Positions 1 to 7,702 of a stretch of DNA of 55,911 bases are shown in pieces. The first letter of the stretch is position 1. Every line of letters starts with the position of its first letter. The notes under the pieces are model-generated. The model saw only the letters and a list, made by a program, of their open reading frames with translations. It had not been told where the DNA came from and searched no databases. The DNA is from a virus. The DNA lies in UHGV virus genome UHGV-1364082; one strand, 5' to 3'. The translations under genes and the position numbers were made by a program.

Positions 1-258
<258 letters not shown>

Positions 259-260
259 AT

Positions 261-284
261 TTGCCCCGAAAGGGGCTTTTTTGT
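261..284 (+). terminator. Rho-independent terminator.
   Basis: Stem GCCCCGAAAGGGGC followed by TTTTTTG. Confidence 0.6.
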
Positions 285-410
285 ACCCAAAATATACCTA
301 TATGAATTTTTATCTTGACTTTCAATCGTACCTTTAGGTATTATCTCTTCACGACGCCCGGGGAAGGCGAACACGCCCGGCACACCAGCCGGAAAGTAGC
401 CACAAGCCCC

Positions 411-476
411 GGGCGGAGGAAGCCAGTTTGGGCGGCATGAAGGCCGTAGCGATACGGTGGGCGGAGCAAGAGGCCG
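411..476 (+). repeat. Three imperfect direct repeats, GGGCGG(A/C)NNAAG(A)GGCC.
   Basis: gggcggaggaagcc, gggcggcatgaaggcc and gggcggagcaagaggcc, about 25 bp apart, in GC-rich ORF-free DNA. Confidence 0.5.
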
Positions 477-531
477 CCCGGAAAGCTCGAAAGAGGCCCG
501 TGAGACTGGTGAGGCGAAGAAGTAGTAGCCG

Positions 532-616
532 GGAAGGATGGCAGAGAGGCCGATTGCGGCGGTGAAAACCGCCGATGTGAAAGCATCCGTGGGTTCGAAT
601 CCCACCCCGTCCGCCA
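532..616 (+). tRNA. tRNA-like element with CCA end, type-II (Ser-like) architecture and a non-canonical anticodon loop. Could be a pseudo-tRNA, a frameshift-suppressor-like tRNA, an attP tRNA fragment or a tmRNA-like tRNA domain.
   Basis: Perfect T arm GTGGG-TTCGAAT-CCCAC, then CCCGTCC-G-CCA. Variable hairpin GATG-tgaaag-CATC. Anticodon-like stem with a UGAAAA loop of 6 or 8 nt. D arm GCA...TGC resembles tRNA-Ser. The 5' acceptor strand pairs imperfectly. Confidence 0.45.
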
Positions 617-794
617 GATTGAAAAGTGAAGAGTCGTTGTTTCGAGGGATGGATTCGCAGAGGTGCACGTGTCCAGCGAGTGGTGCACGCGCATAAAAAT
701 TCCTCGCGTAGAGAGAGCCGAATATCTGCGGTGCGTTTGCCAGATTCGGCATGGCAAGCAAAGGCGGCTCCATCCGCTCGAAACAGCGACACAC

Positions 795-869
795 AGCCGG
801 GTAGCCAAGCGGTTACGGCAACAGGCTTTGACCCTGTGATCGGCGGTTCGAATCCGCCCCCGGCTGCCA
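795..869 (+). tRNA. tRNA-Gln (anticodon UUG).
   Basis: Acceptor AGCCGGG/CCCGGCT. D arm GCCAAGCGGTTACGGC, like E. coli tRNA-Gln. Anticodon stem-loop ACAGG-CTTTGAC-CCTGT. T arm GGCGG-TTCGAAT-CCGCC, discriminator G, CCA encoded. Confidence 0.85.
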
Positions 870-1153
870 CGTTCAAATATCGCCGTTCCGGGCGGTGCAG
901 GGAAAACCATATCCCCCTGAAAGCGTGATGATGCCAGTCCCCCTACCCCTGCATCGACCGGAGCAGCGATAAGCCCCAAAACAACGGACGAACATTACCC
1001 GAGCAAGGGGGCGTCCGTTGGAACAACGCGAAGATGTGACTCAAAACGGGCGTTGTACCCCCGCTCAGGCGAGGCAATGCGTTCGGGCGAGGAACGGAGC
1101 ACTATCCACAGACGGCAATAGGGCTGGACTGTGAAACATGACGCGGATGAATT

Positions 1154-1345
1154 ATGGAAGTAACTTTTGTTTGCTGGACGGTATCATGTTGCATCATTGG
1201 ATATGGTCTAGGAGCGATCAGGTCCGCTTTTAGTATTGAAGGGCCAAAAAGCTTACTTGTCATGATTTTTCCTGTTTTTCTATCCATTCTACTGGTTTTG
1301 TTTGGAATGTGGTTTGATGGATATGTAATTTTTTGTATTCGGTAG
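1154..1345 (+). CDS. Small hydrophobic/membrane protein, hypothetical.
   Basis: 63-aa ORF in a local AT-rich patch. Strongly hydrophobic. Weak RBS. Confidence 0.25.
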   Translation: MEVTFVCWTVSCCIIGYGLGAIRSAFSIEGPKSLLVMIFPVFLSILLVLFGMWFDGYVIFCIR

Positions 1346-1749
1346 GCGGTAAGCTGACCTTTCGACAGTTCGACCGCCAGCATGAAAGGGAGCGCGAGGA
1401 ATCGTACTCCCGAACCATGCTAGAGCGTGGATAAGGTTGTTTTCACTAGTCGCTGGTCTAGGGCGTGGTGATTCCCGGTGTACTGTATCCGGCATCGAAC
1501 CACCCGCCCATGAAGTTTTCCCTATCCGCCATACCACCGATGACACTACCACCGGACTGGGCGGGTTATGGGGGCTGATTGTCAAAGAACGATTATTAAA
1601 ATGAGCTTACTTAGAAGATAAAACAGTGTATCCTATTGAAAAAGTTGATATTTTTAAAACTCATAAAATCCCATAAATCGCTTATAAATTGCCCATAAAG
1701 TTCGTGGACAGGCTACGCACAGAGTAAAATGTCCTGTTTGGGAGGATTG

Positions 1750-1914
1750 ATGAAGTTCTGGAAAGCTGTTTTTGGCATGACGTTGTTGTTTTACTTGATA
1801 GGGAGCTTCATTGAAGCAACCCTCAACCCATTTGAATGGGAAATCTTTTTACGCGCACTGCTGGCAATTTCTTGGGGAGTTTGTGTGGTGATGACGTACG
1901 TCGAATGCAAATAA
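1750..1914 (+). CDS. Small membrane protein, hypothetical.
   Basis: ATG preceded by GGGAGGATTG. Two predicted TM helices. Followed by a hairpin terminator. Confidence 0.4.
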   Translation: MKFWKAVFGMTLLFYLIGSFIEATLNPFEWEIFLRALLAISWGVCVVMTYVECK

Positions 1915-1935
1915 CGCCATTTTTCAAACTTCCCG

Positions 1936-1990
1936 GAATCTCAAAAAGAATTGAAAACGGCTTTTGAGATTCTGTTCCCCTTTTTTCATC
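1936..1990 (+). terminator. Hairpin terminator.
   Basis: GAATCTCAAAA...TTTTGAGATTC 11-bp stem, followed by a T-rich tract. Confidence 0.45.
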
Positions 1991-2470
1991 TTTCCCACCC
2001 TCCCCATTCCGGCAAGAGGGCGGGAACCGCCCTGACCCTAGTTCTCGGTAGGCGAAGAGTTCAGGAAGTGCCTAGAGCCAGAAGGCAGAAAGGCATTTGA
2101 GCTTTCCCTGAGTTCCGGGTGGTGAGTCTCAGGAGCAAAGGCAAAGTCTCGCCCTTACCCGCTATCACACGTGGGCAGGACATTGCCTCGACAGGTTCCG
2201 GTATGGAGCCGTCCCTATCGCTTCGGCAGCCACACGCGGACATCACGCTGTGACCTTGGAGCTTTCCGGCTGATGCGCCGTCTTGCGAGATTGTCCCTTC
2301 TCCACTTTCGTCTCTGGACACCCCGGCACTCGCTACGTGGTTCCGGGGGATTTCATGAGACATCACCGCCACCGTCTGAATACCGTCCAGTGATACCGCC
2401 CCTTGAGCGGTTGCCTACTCCCTCCTGTTCGCTTCTTCGCGGGGCGGTTGGGCGTGCCCTGTGAAAAGAG
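1990..2470. ncRNA. Candidate large structured non-coding RNA, identity unknown.
   Basis: About 480 bp of GC-rich DNA with only Arg-rich junk ORFs. Long-range complementarity (GGTGGTGAGTCTCA at about 2119 with TGAGACATCACCGCCACC at about 2355) and a UUCG-type tetraloop. Lies next to tRNA genes. Confidence 0.3.
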
Positions 2471-2473
2471 ATT

Positions 2474-2512
2474 TACTAGATTTTAGTATATTGTCAACTA
2501 CTAAATTTTAGA
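2474..2512. promoter_or_regulatory. Two operator-like repeats (TAGATTTTAGTA / ACTAAATTTTAGAT) upstream of the XRE regulator.
   Basis: Near-palindromic 12-14 bp motif. Two more copies sit downstream of the gene. Confidence 0.55.
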
Positions 2513-2566
2513 TTACCGTCCGATACCAATATCGTGCTACAAGGAGGGTAAAAAGGAGTGGAGAAT

Positions 2567-2854
2567 ATGCTTACCAAAGACGGGATGGTCATCTTTGATG
2601 ATGCAATCCGAACCCAACTTGCAGCACGACAAAAAGAGCTTAGACTGTCAGATAAGGCATTAGGACAAATGGCTTTCCCTTTCATGGGAAACCCTCTTGG
2701 AAAGGTTCGCTCTATATTGATAGCTCAAGGCGCAGGTGAGGATAAGAAGCCTCAGAATCTTCGTATGGCTGACCTTGTGAACCTGTGCCAAGCCTTGGGA
2801 TTGAACCTGCATGACGTAATCAGAATGGGTTTAAAACAGGCAGACGGAAAATAG
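2567..2854 (+). CDS. XRE-family HTH transcriptional regulator (Cro/CI-type).
   Basis: ATG with AAGGAG RBS. HTH signature ...MADLVNLCQALGLNLHDVI. Confidence 0.7.
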   Translation: MLTKDGMVIFDDAIRTQLAARQKELRLSDKALGQMAFPFMGNPLGKVRSILIAQGAGEDKKPQNLRMADLVNLCQALGLNLHDVIRMGLKQADGK

Positions 2855-2878
2855 TTTCATTTGTAACTAGCCGTATTT

Positions 2879-2908
2879 TTTAAGGTAGCTTCGGCTACCT
2901 TTTTTTGT
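2879..2908 (+). terminator. Rho-independent terminator.
   Basis: AAGGTAGC-TTCG-GCTACCTT followed by TTTTTTT. Confidence 0.65.
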
Positions 2909-2916
2909 GCCGAATT

Positions 2917-2970
2917 TTCTAAATTTTAGTAACCAAATCCCTTGACGTTTTACTAAATTTTAGTAATACT
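2917..2970 (+). promoter_or_regulatory. Sigma70-like promoter overlapped by two operator repeats.
   Basis: -35 TTGACG, 16-nt spacer, -10 TAATAC. Operator copies TCTAAATTTTAGTAA and TACTAAATTTTAGTAA overlap it. Confidence 0.55.
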
Positions 2971-3018
2971 GTTTTCAACGAGACGGGGAACGAACCCCGC
3001 CACAAAGGAGAAAGCAGA

Positions 3019-3264
3019 ATGAACGCTCAGAGAAAGGAAAATATCGCCCGCGCCATTATCGCCAACCGCTCGACGGCTCAACTTTGCGAGATGTTCGAGG
3101 CCACCAACAACACGGACAGGGAAAAGATTCTCGAACAGGCGATGGTTCGCGGCTGGATCATGGACGAACTGGAAAAGAGGGACGCGGAAGCATTCGACCG
3201 CTGGATCGACTGTGAAGACCCCAAGATGATGGAAAGGCCCCGTTGTTTCTTCATCGCCGCCTAG
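3019..3264 (+). CDS. Hypothetical early protein.
   Basis: ORF with AAGGAG RBS directly downstream of the promoter. Confidence 0.5.
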   Translation: MNAQRKENIARAIIANRSTAQLCEMFEATNNTDREKILEQAMVRGWIMDELEKRDAEAFDRWIDCEDPKMMERPRCFFIAA

Positions 3265-3310
3265 CCCCGGCCCCTGCCCCGATTCTTCGGGGTAGCAACC
3301 GGGATTGGGA
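3261..3310 (+). repeat. Intergenic hairpin repeat, copy 1 (CCTAGCC...CCCCG-ATTCTT-CGGGG...CGGGATTGGGA).
   Basis: About 50-nt element shared with copies at 3721 and 4194. Confidence 0.6.
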
Positions 3311-3342
3311 TTCAAGCCCGAAAGACCAAAGGAGAACAGCCA

Positions 3343-3554
3343 TGACCACCACGAACGCCTACCTCGTAATCAATCGGAACCCCGACAACGGGATGGATTG
3401 TATCGATGAGTTCAACAGCTTCACAGATGCTTGCGAGTTCGCGGAAGAGTTCGGCGGGGAAGTGGTTAACGCCAGCGACTACCAGCGCAAGGGATTGCTC
3501 GACGGCTGGTTCAGCGGATGGCTCTCCGAATCAGAAGCCCGCTACGCGGGATAG
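3343..3554 (+). CDS. Hypothetical protein.
   Basis: ATG with AAAGGAGAAC RBS. 70 aa. Confidence 0.5.
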
Positions 3555-3720
3555 CGAATTTCGCGGGAACGCCCCGCACAGTTCTTTGACAATCAGCGCG
3601 ACGATGCCCCCAAGCGCGACGTTGTACCCGCATAAGCGGCATGGCGTTGGCCTCTGGTAGCGAAAGCATGGGCGGAGCACACACGGCGAAGACAAGAAGG
3701 ATTGGAGCCGTGAAATCCAG

Positions 3721-3771
3721 CCTAGCCCCGCACTTGCCCCGGATTCCGGGGCAGGAAACGGGATTGGGAAC
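3721..3771 (+). repeat. Intergenic hairpin repeat, copy 2.
   Basis: CCTAGCCCCG...CCCCGGATTCCGGGG...CGGGATTGGGA. Confidence 0.6.
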
Positions 3772-3800
3772 ATTCATCAACACCAACCAAAGAGGACACT

Positions 3801-4106
3801 ATGCCTACGCTCTCCCCATTCATCGGACAGAACGTCATCGTCAGAACCTACAGCGCCGGGGTTTTCTATGGAAAACTCGAAAACATGGACGGTCAGGAAG
3901 CCGTCGTCACGAATGCCCGCCGAGTCTGGTACTGGGCTGGAGCGGCAAGCCTTTCTCAGCTTTCCAAGGACGGCACGAGTAACCCGGATGACTGCAAGTT
4001 TCCCGCTCCGGTCGATGCCGTTCACCTGACCCAAGTGATCGAAGTGCTTCCGCTCACTGAAAAGGCAAAGCTCTCTCTCGATGAGGTGGAAGTATGGCAG
4101 GAGTAA
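3801..4106 (+). CDS. Hypothetical protein.
   Basis: 101-aa ORF with RBS AAAGAGGACACT. Confidence 0.55.
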   Translation: MPTLSPFIGQNVIVRTYSAGVFYGKLENMDGQEAVVTNARRVWYWAGAASLSQLSKDGTSNPDDCKFPAPVDAVHLTQVIEVLPLTEKAKLSLDEVEVWQE

Positions 4107-4189
4107 ACGGCTCCGGCTACGGCTCCGGCTACGGCTACGGCGACGGCTCCGGCTACGGCTCCGGCTACGGCTCCGGCTACGGCGAATAA
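4094..4189 (+). CDS. GSGY-repeat micropeptide of 31 aa (MAGVNGSGYGSGYGYGDGSGYGSGYGSGYGE).
   Basis: ATG 4094 with GAGGTGGA RBS. Overlaps the previous stop, consistent with translational coupling. Encoded by a 12-bp tandem repeat. Ends GAA TAA. Confidence 0.4.
   Translation: MAGVNGSGYGSGYGYGDGSGYGSGYGSGYGE
4109..4183 (+). repeat. Tandem 12-bp repeat (GGCTCCGGCTAC), about 6 units with two variants.
   Basis: Direct reading. Confidence 0.9.
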
Positions 4190-4193
4190 TCAT

Positions 4194-4242
4194 CCTAGCC
4201 TCGAACAATCCCGGATTTTCCGGGATTACATCGGGATTGGGA
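4194..4242 (+). repeat. Intergenic hairpin repeat, copy 3.
   Basis: CCTAGCC...CCCGGATTTTCCGGG...CGGGATTGGGA. Confidence 0.6.
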
Positions 4243-4276
4243 CGCCGATCCAGACTTCAACGCAGGAGAGAAGGTT

Positions 4277-4453
4277 ATGAATTTTACCGCATATCAAGCA
4301 GACGATTTCACCCGTAGCCATCCCGTGCTCGTCGGGGAACGCAAGGGAACGACGCTCCGGGAACGTCTTGAACGCATTTGTGACAAGGCAAGAAAGGCCA
4401 GCGTGCGCGAGGCAGCGGAACAATGGCTGAGAAAGATGGAGGCGACGGCATGA
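4277..4453 (+). CDS. Hypothetical 58-aa protein.
   Basis: ATG with AGGAGAGAAGG RBS. Below the 60-aa cutoff of the ORF track. Confidence 0.45.
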   Translation: MNFTAYQADDFTRSHPVLVGERKGTTLRERLERICDKARKASVREAAEQWLRKMEATA

Positions 4454-4608
4454 TTTCCAACGTCTACATGAAGCACGCCAAGGTATCACTGGAACGGCCT
4501 AAAAAGGTTGACCGGGCTAGAGTTGCTGCGGTCATCATCTTTATGGCTGTCATGCTCGGTATCTGCATTCTTCCACAGATCTTGTACGGGATGGAGGCCA
4601 TGCGATGA
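4450..4608 (+). CDS. Small membrane protein.
   Basis: ATGA overlap with the previous gene. C-terminal TM helix. Confidence 0.4.
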   Translation: MISNVYMKHAKVSLERPKKVDRARVAAVIIFMAVMLGICILPQILYGMEAMR

Positions 4609-4706
4609 AGCCAGAAGCCGATATGTACGACGCGGAGAGGGAAAGCGTAGACCGCACGATTCCCGATGAACCCGAATACTACGGCCCCGGAAAGGGGCCT
4701 TTTTAG
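4605..4706 (+). CDS. Hypothetical 33-aa peptide.
   Basis: ATGA overlap with the previous gene. Followed by a terminator. Confidence 0.25.
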   Translation: MKPEADMYDAERESVDRTIPDEPEYYGPGKGPF

Positions 4707-4708
4707 TT
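4684..4708 (+). terminator. Rho-independent terminator.
   Basis: GGCCCCGGAAAGGGGCC followed by TTTTT. Confidence 0.6.
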
Positions 4709-4737
4709 CCCGCCGATGAGCGGTGAAAGGATGAAAT

Positions 4738-5367
4738 ATGGAGCCTATGTATCAATCAAATGAAATTGGCGAACTCGCTGCGGCGCTCGCGGCAGCACAA
4801 AGCGAATTTACCTTTGCCGTAACAGACGCCACGGGGGGAATGAAAAACAAGTATGCCACGCTCCAAAACGTGCTGGAGGCCATTCGTCAGGGACTCACAG
4901 CAAATGGTATTGCCGTCATTCAAGCTCCCATGCCCGCACAAAATGGCATTATGCTACGAACAACGTTGGCTCACAAATCAGGGCAATGGATGGCATCTGA
5001 AATATCGCTTCCAAACGACAGAATGGGAGGTATTCAGGGGATGGGTAGCGCGTTGACTTATGCCCGCCGTTACGCTCTTGCCGCTATGGTGGGCATTGCA
5101 CAAGACGACGATGACGGAGCTACCGCAATGAAGGAAAGCCAAGAACAAGCCCGCGCAAAGGCAAAAACGGAAAACCCAAACCCAATGACGGCTGCGCAAT
5201 CAAATGCCCTCATGGCTTATCTAACAAAGCGACATGGGAAGAATAGAGAGGCTGGCCTTTCCGAGCTTTCACGATTCTTCGGACGTTCCCTTGCAAGCTC
5301 TAGAGAATTGACAAAGGACGATGTTTCCGAATTTTTGAACGCCATCAATGGAGGGAAAAATGGCTAG
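4738..5367 (+). CDS. erf: ERF-family single-strand annealing protein (recombinase).
   Basis: ...GSALTYARRYALAAMVGIAQDDDDG... is the ERF hallmark. Sits next to SSB. Confidence 0.65.
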   Translation: MEPMYQSNEIGELAAALAAAQSEFTFAVTDATGGMKNKYATLQNVLEAIRQGLTANGIAVIQAPMPAQNGIMLRTTLAHKSGQWMASEISLPNDRMGGIQGMGSALTYARRYALAAMVGIAQDDDDGATAMKESQEQARAKAKTENPNPMTAAQSNALMAYLTKRHGKNREAGLSELSRFFGRSLASSRELTKDDVSEFLNAINGGKNG

Positions 5368-5761
5368 TCTCAACCGTGTAGAAATCATCGGACGCCTTGG
5401 GCGCGATCCAGAACTAAAATATTCCCAAAACGGCGCGGCAATTTGCCGTCTCAATGTCGCTACTGACGAAAGTTACACGGATCGGGAAGGGAATCGGGTT
5501 CAAAAGGCCGAATGGCATAGCGTCGTTGTGTTCCAGAAGGCCGCTGAACATTGCAGCCAGTACTTGAGCAAGGGAAGCCTTGTATTCGTGGAGGGTTCAT
5601 TATCTACGCGGGAATGGCAGGATCAGCAGGGACAGAAACGCTACTCCACGGAAATCAAGGCGCAGCGCGTCCAGTTCCTCGACAAGAAGGACGGAGGAAA
5701 GCCCAGTTCATCCTTACCCTCTGAATCTTATGCATGGACAATGTGCCCTTCTAGGAGGTGA
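5360..5761 (+). CDS. ssb: Single-stranded DNA-binding protein.
   Basis: N-terminus MASLNRVEIIGRLGRDPELKY, then ...WHSVVVF...KGSLVFVEGSL. GGAGGG RBS. Confidence 0.85.
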   Translation: MASLNRVEIIGRLGRDPELKYSQNGAAICRLNVATDESYTDREGNRVQKAEWHSVVVFQKAAEHCSQYLSKGSLVFVEGSLSTREWQDQQGQKRYSTEIKAQRVQFLDKKDGGKPSSSLPSESYAWTMCPSRR

Positions 5762-6261
5762 ACATGCCTACCTTCAACGAAATTCAGCAAGAAATCGCCG
5801 GGATGCTTTCTGTTCCCGATGAAGAACTGACTCCGGAACAACGCGAGGCTATGGACGCCTACATAGATGAACTCGCTAAACTTGAAGCCGACAAGGTGGA
5901 TGGGTTCGGGCAGCTCTTGAAAATTCAGTCGACACTTGCCGAAGCTTGCAAGGAAGAGGCCAGACGCCTTGCAGCCAAGGCGAGGACAGCGGAATCACGC
6001 CTTGCATGGCTCAAGGAACACTACACCATCGTACTCAGGGAAAACGGCCTCAAGAAAGTATCCGGCAACGCCTACACAATCAGCGTTCGGGAAACTGAGG
6101 CTGTAGCGGTAACGGCGCAAATGGAAGAACTTCCCGAACTGTACCGCCGCACAAAGACGACAGTGGAGCCGGACAAGCCCACAATCAAAGAAGCCCTCAA
6201 AGGCGGATTGACCATCCCCGGCTGTGCTCTGGTGAAGACATACAGCTTGCAAGTACGATAA
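5758..6261 (+). CDS. Siphovirus Gp157-like protein.
   Basis: Size, coiled coil, C-terminus ...GGLTIPGCALVKTYSLQVR, and position after ERF/SSB. Confidence 0.4.
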   Translation: MNMPTFNEIQQEIAGMLSVPDEELTPEQREAMDAYIDELAKLEADKVDGFGQLLKIQSTLAEACKEEARRLAAKARTAESRLAWLKEHYTIVLRENGLKKVSGNAYTISVRETEAVAVTAQMEELPELYRRTKTTVEPDKPTIKEALKGGLTIPGCALVKTYSLQVR

Positions 6262-6307
6262 CCACCCCGGCCCGGCTCACCACCGGGCCTTTCTTTTGGG
6301 AAAGACT

Positions 6308-6541
6308 ATGATCGTATGGCATGTGACCACGGCAAAGAAGCTTAAGCGCTACAAGGATTCGGGGGGCATTCTTCCGCCCGTCAGGGCATGGGAACACTTT
6401 TCCGCTGCTGAACGTTTTTCAAAACAGACAGGGCGCAAGGTGATTCTTCGTTTGAAATTCCCAAACACGGCGGAACGGCTTCCCGGTCATCGTGGGGAAG
6501 CTTTTGTACTCAATGAAAAGTATAGGCTCACAAGCATATGA
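6308..6541 (+). CDS. Hypothetical protein.
   Basis: ORF; table start is TTG, ATG at 6308. Confidence 0.4.
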   Translation: MIVWHVTTAKKLKRYKDSGGILPPVRAWEHFSAAERFSKQTGRKVILRLKFPNTAERLPGHRGEAFVLNEKYRLTSI

Positions 6542-6550
6542 GGTAATGCC

Positions 6551-6844
6551 ATGAACAAATCTGATTTCGTCATAATGGTTCGATCTTCCGATACTACGGG
6601 CATCATGACTTCAATCGAGAAGACCGATCTTGTCGTCAATCAGGTATTGGATACGCTCCAACGGGCTATCGTTGAATACGGCTCCCTGAAAATTCAGGGC
6701 TTCGGCGTGTTCGAAGTCGTGGACGTGCCCGAACGTCAAGGCCGCAATCCGCGCACCGGGGAAAGCATCCCCATCCCCGCGCACAAGGCCGTGAAGTTCA
6801 GGCCGGGAAAGGAACTGCGGGAGGCGGTGAACTGTGAGCGTTGA
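6551..6844 (+). CDS. HU/IHF-family DNA-binding protein.
   Basis: MNKSD...GFGVFEV...RQGRNPRTGESIPIPA...KFRPGKELREAVN. Confidence 0.85.
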   Translation: MNKSDFVIMVRSSDTTGIMTSIEKTDLVVNQVLDTLQRAIVEYGSLKIQGFGVFEVVDVPERQGRNPRTGESIPIPAHKAVKFRPGKELREAVNCER

Positions 6845-7235
6845 TTTGTACGGGGATTACACGGCTGAGGTACTTTCGCTTCCACAGCAATGGCGGGAAC
6901 AGATGTGGTTAGCCAACGGAGAAACCGGAATTTCTTCTAAAACGATTCACGCAGTCTTAACCGGAATGGTCGACAACACGGTTTTCAATACCAGTCCTTC
7001 ATGGTTTAGATACGATGTACCTTATGACCCGTCTGATTTCCGACGCTGTTATCTCTTGCTCAAGTTCATACCGGAATGGAAGCAACGCTTACATGAAGTT
7101 GCGGAAAGATTCCCGAAATGGAAACCCTTTGTCGAACATTGGGATGAATTGACGCGTCTTTATGAAGAGGAACGAGATAGAAGCGATAGGACCGCGCCAA
7201 AGCTATTTGCTAAAATTATGGCATTGGAAAGTTAA
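6834..7235 (+). CDS. Hypothetical protein.
   Basis: 133-aa ORF in the operon. Confidence 0.5.
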   Translation: MSVDLYGDYTAEVLSLPQQWREQMWLANGETGISSKTIHAVLTGMVDNTVFNTSPSWFRYDVPYDPSDFRRCYLLLKFIPEWKQRLHEVAERFPKWKPFVEHWDELTRLYEEERDRSDRTAPKLFAKIMALES

Positions 7236-7238
7236 GCT

Positions 7239-7490
7239 ATGCCCGACACAGATACCCTCCCCGACATCAGACTAAAATGTCCTGATTTGGCATCAATAAT
7301 TCCGGGACGCCGTTTCCTCTACCGAGCCAAGGTAGGCGGCGAACGCCAAACAGTCACCGTTACGGCCTCCTGCGCCCCGTATCTCCGTGATTTCGGGAAG
7401 GGACGCAAGGCTATGTACGTCACCGTGTACGGCTACGAGGGGAAATGGACGGTCCCGGCAAGCAAGCTGAGGATTGCTGAGAAAGCATGA
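7239..7490 (+). CDS. Hypothetical protein.
   Basis: 83-aa ORF. Confidence 0.45.
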   Translation: MPDTDTLPDIRLKCPDLASIIPGRRFLYRAKVGGERQTVTVTASCAPYLRDFGKGRKAMYVTVYGYEGKWTVPASKLRIAEKA

Positions 7491-7702
7491 AAAAGGCCCC
7501 GAACCATAAAGGACTCGGAGCCTTGAGCAGAAGAACGTGGCATAGTGCCTCGCTCTCCCCTAAACCTAGCAATTTAGGATAGAGCTTTCATTAGCTCTTG
7601 TCAAAATTGCAGAAGCACCCCACGCCCCGCCCTCCCCCGGCGGGGCTTTTCATACCCCAAACCGTGGGCCGCGCATACGAATCACGCTGGAAGGATAAAC
7701 GC

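Noticed and set aside
340-616. A full-length standard tmRNA (ssrA).
   Set aside because: No convincing tag reading frame (no ...ALAA-type ORF with a stop) was found. No 5' GGGG acceptor partner giving a 7-bp stem was found. The region is shorter than typical tmRNA if it starts at 411. Only the tRNA-like 3' domain is supported. This is left as a hypothesis under the tRNA-like finding.
3777-4208. 143-aa minus-strand RSRSRS ORF and the plus-strand RLRLRL ORF 4081..4317.
   Set aside because: They are alternative frames of the 12-bp tandem repeat and antisense to gene 3801..4106. The GSGY frame, which has an RBS, is preferred.
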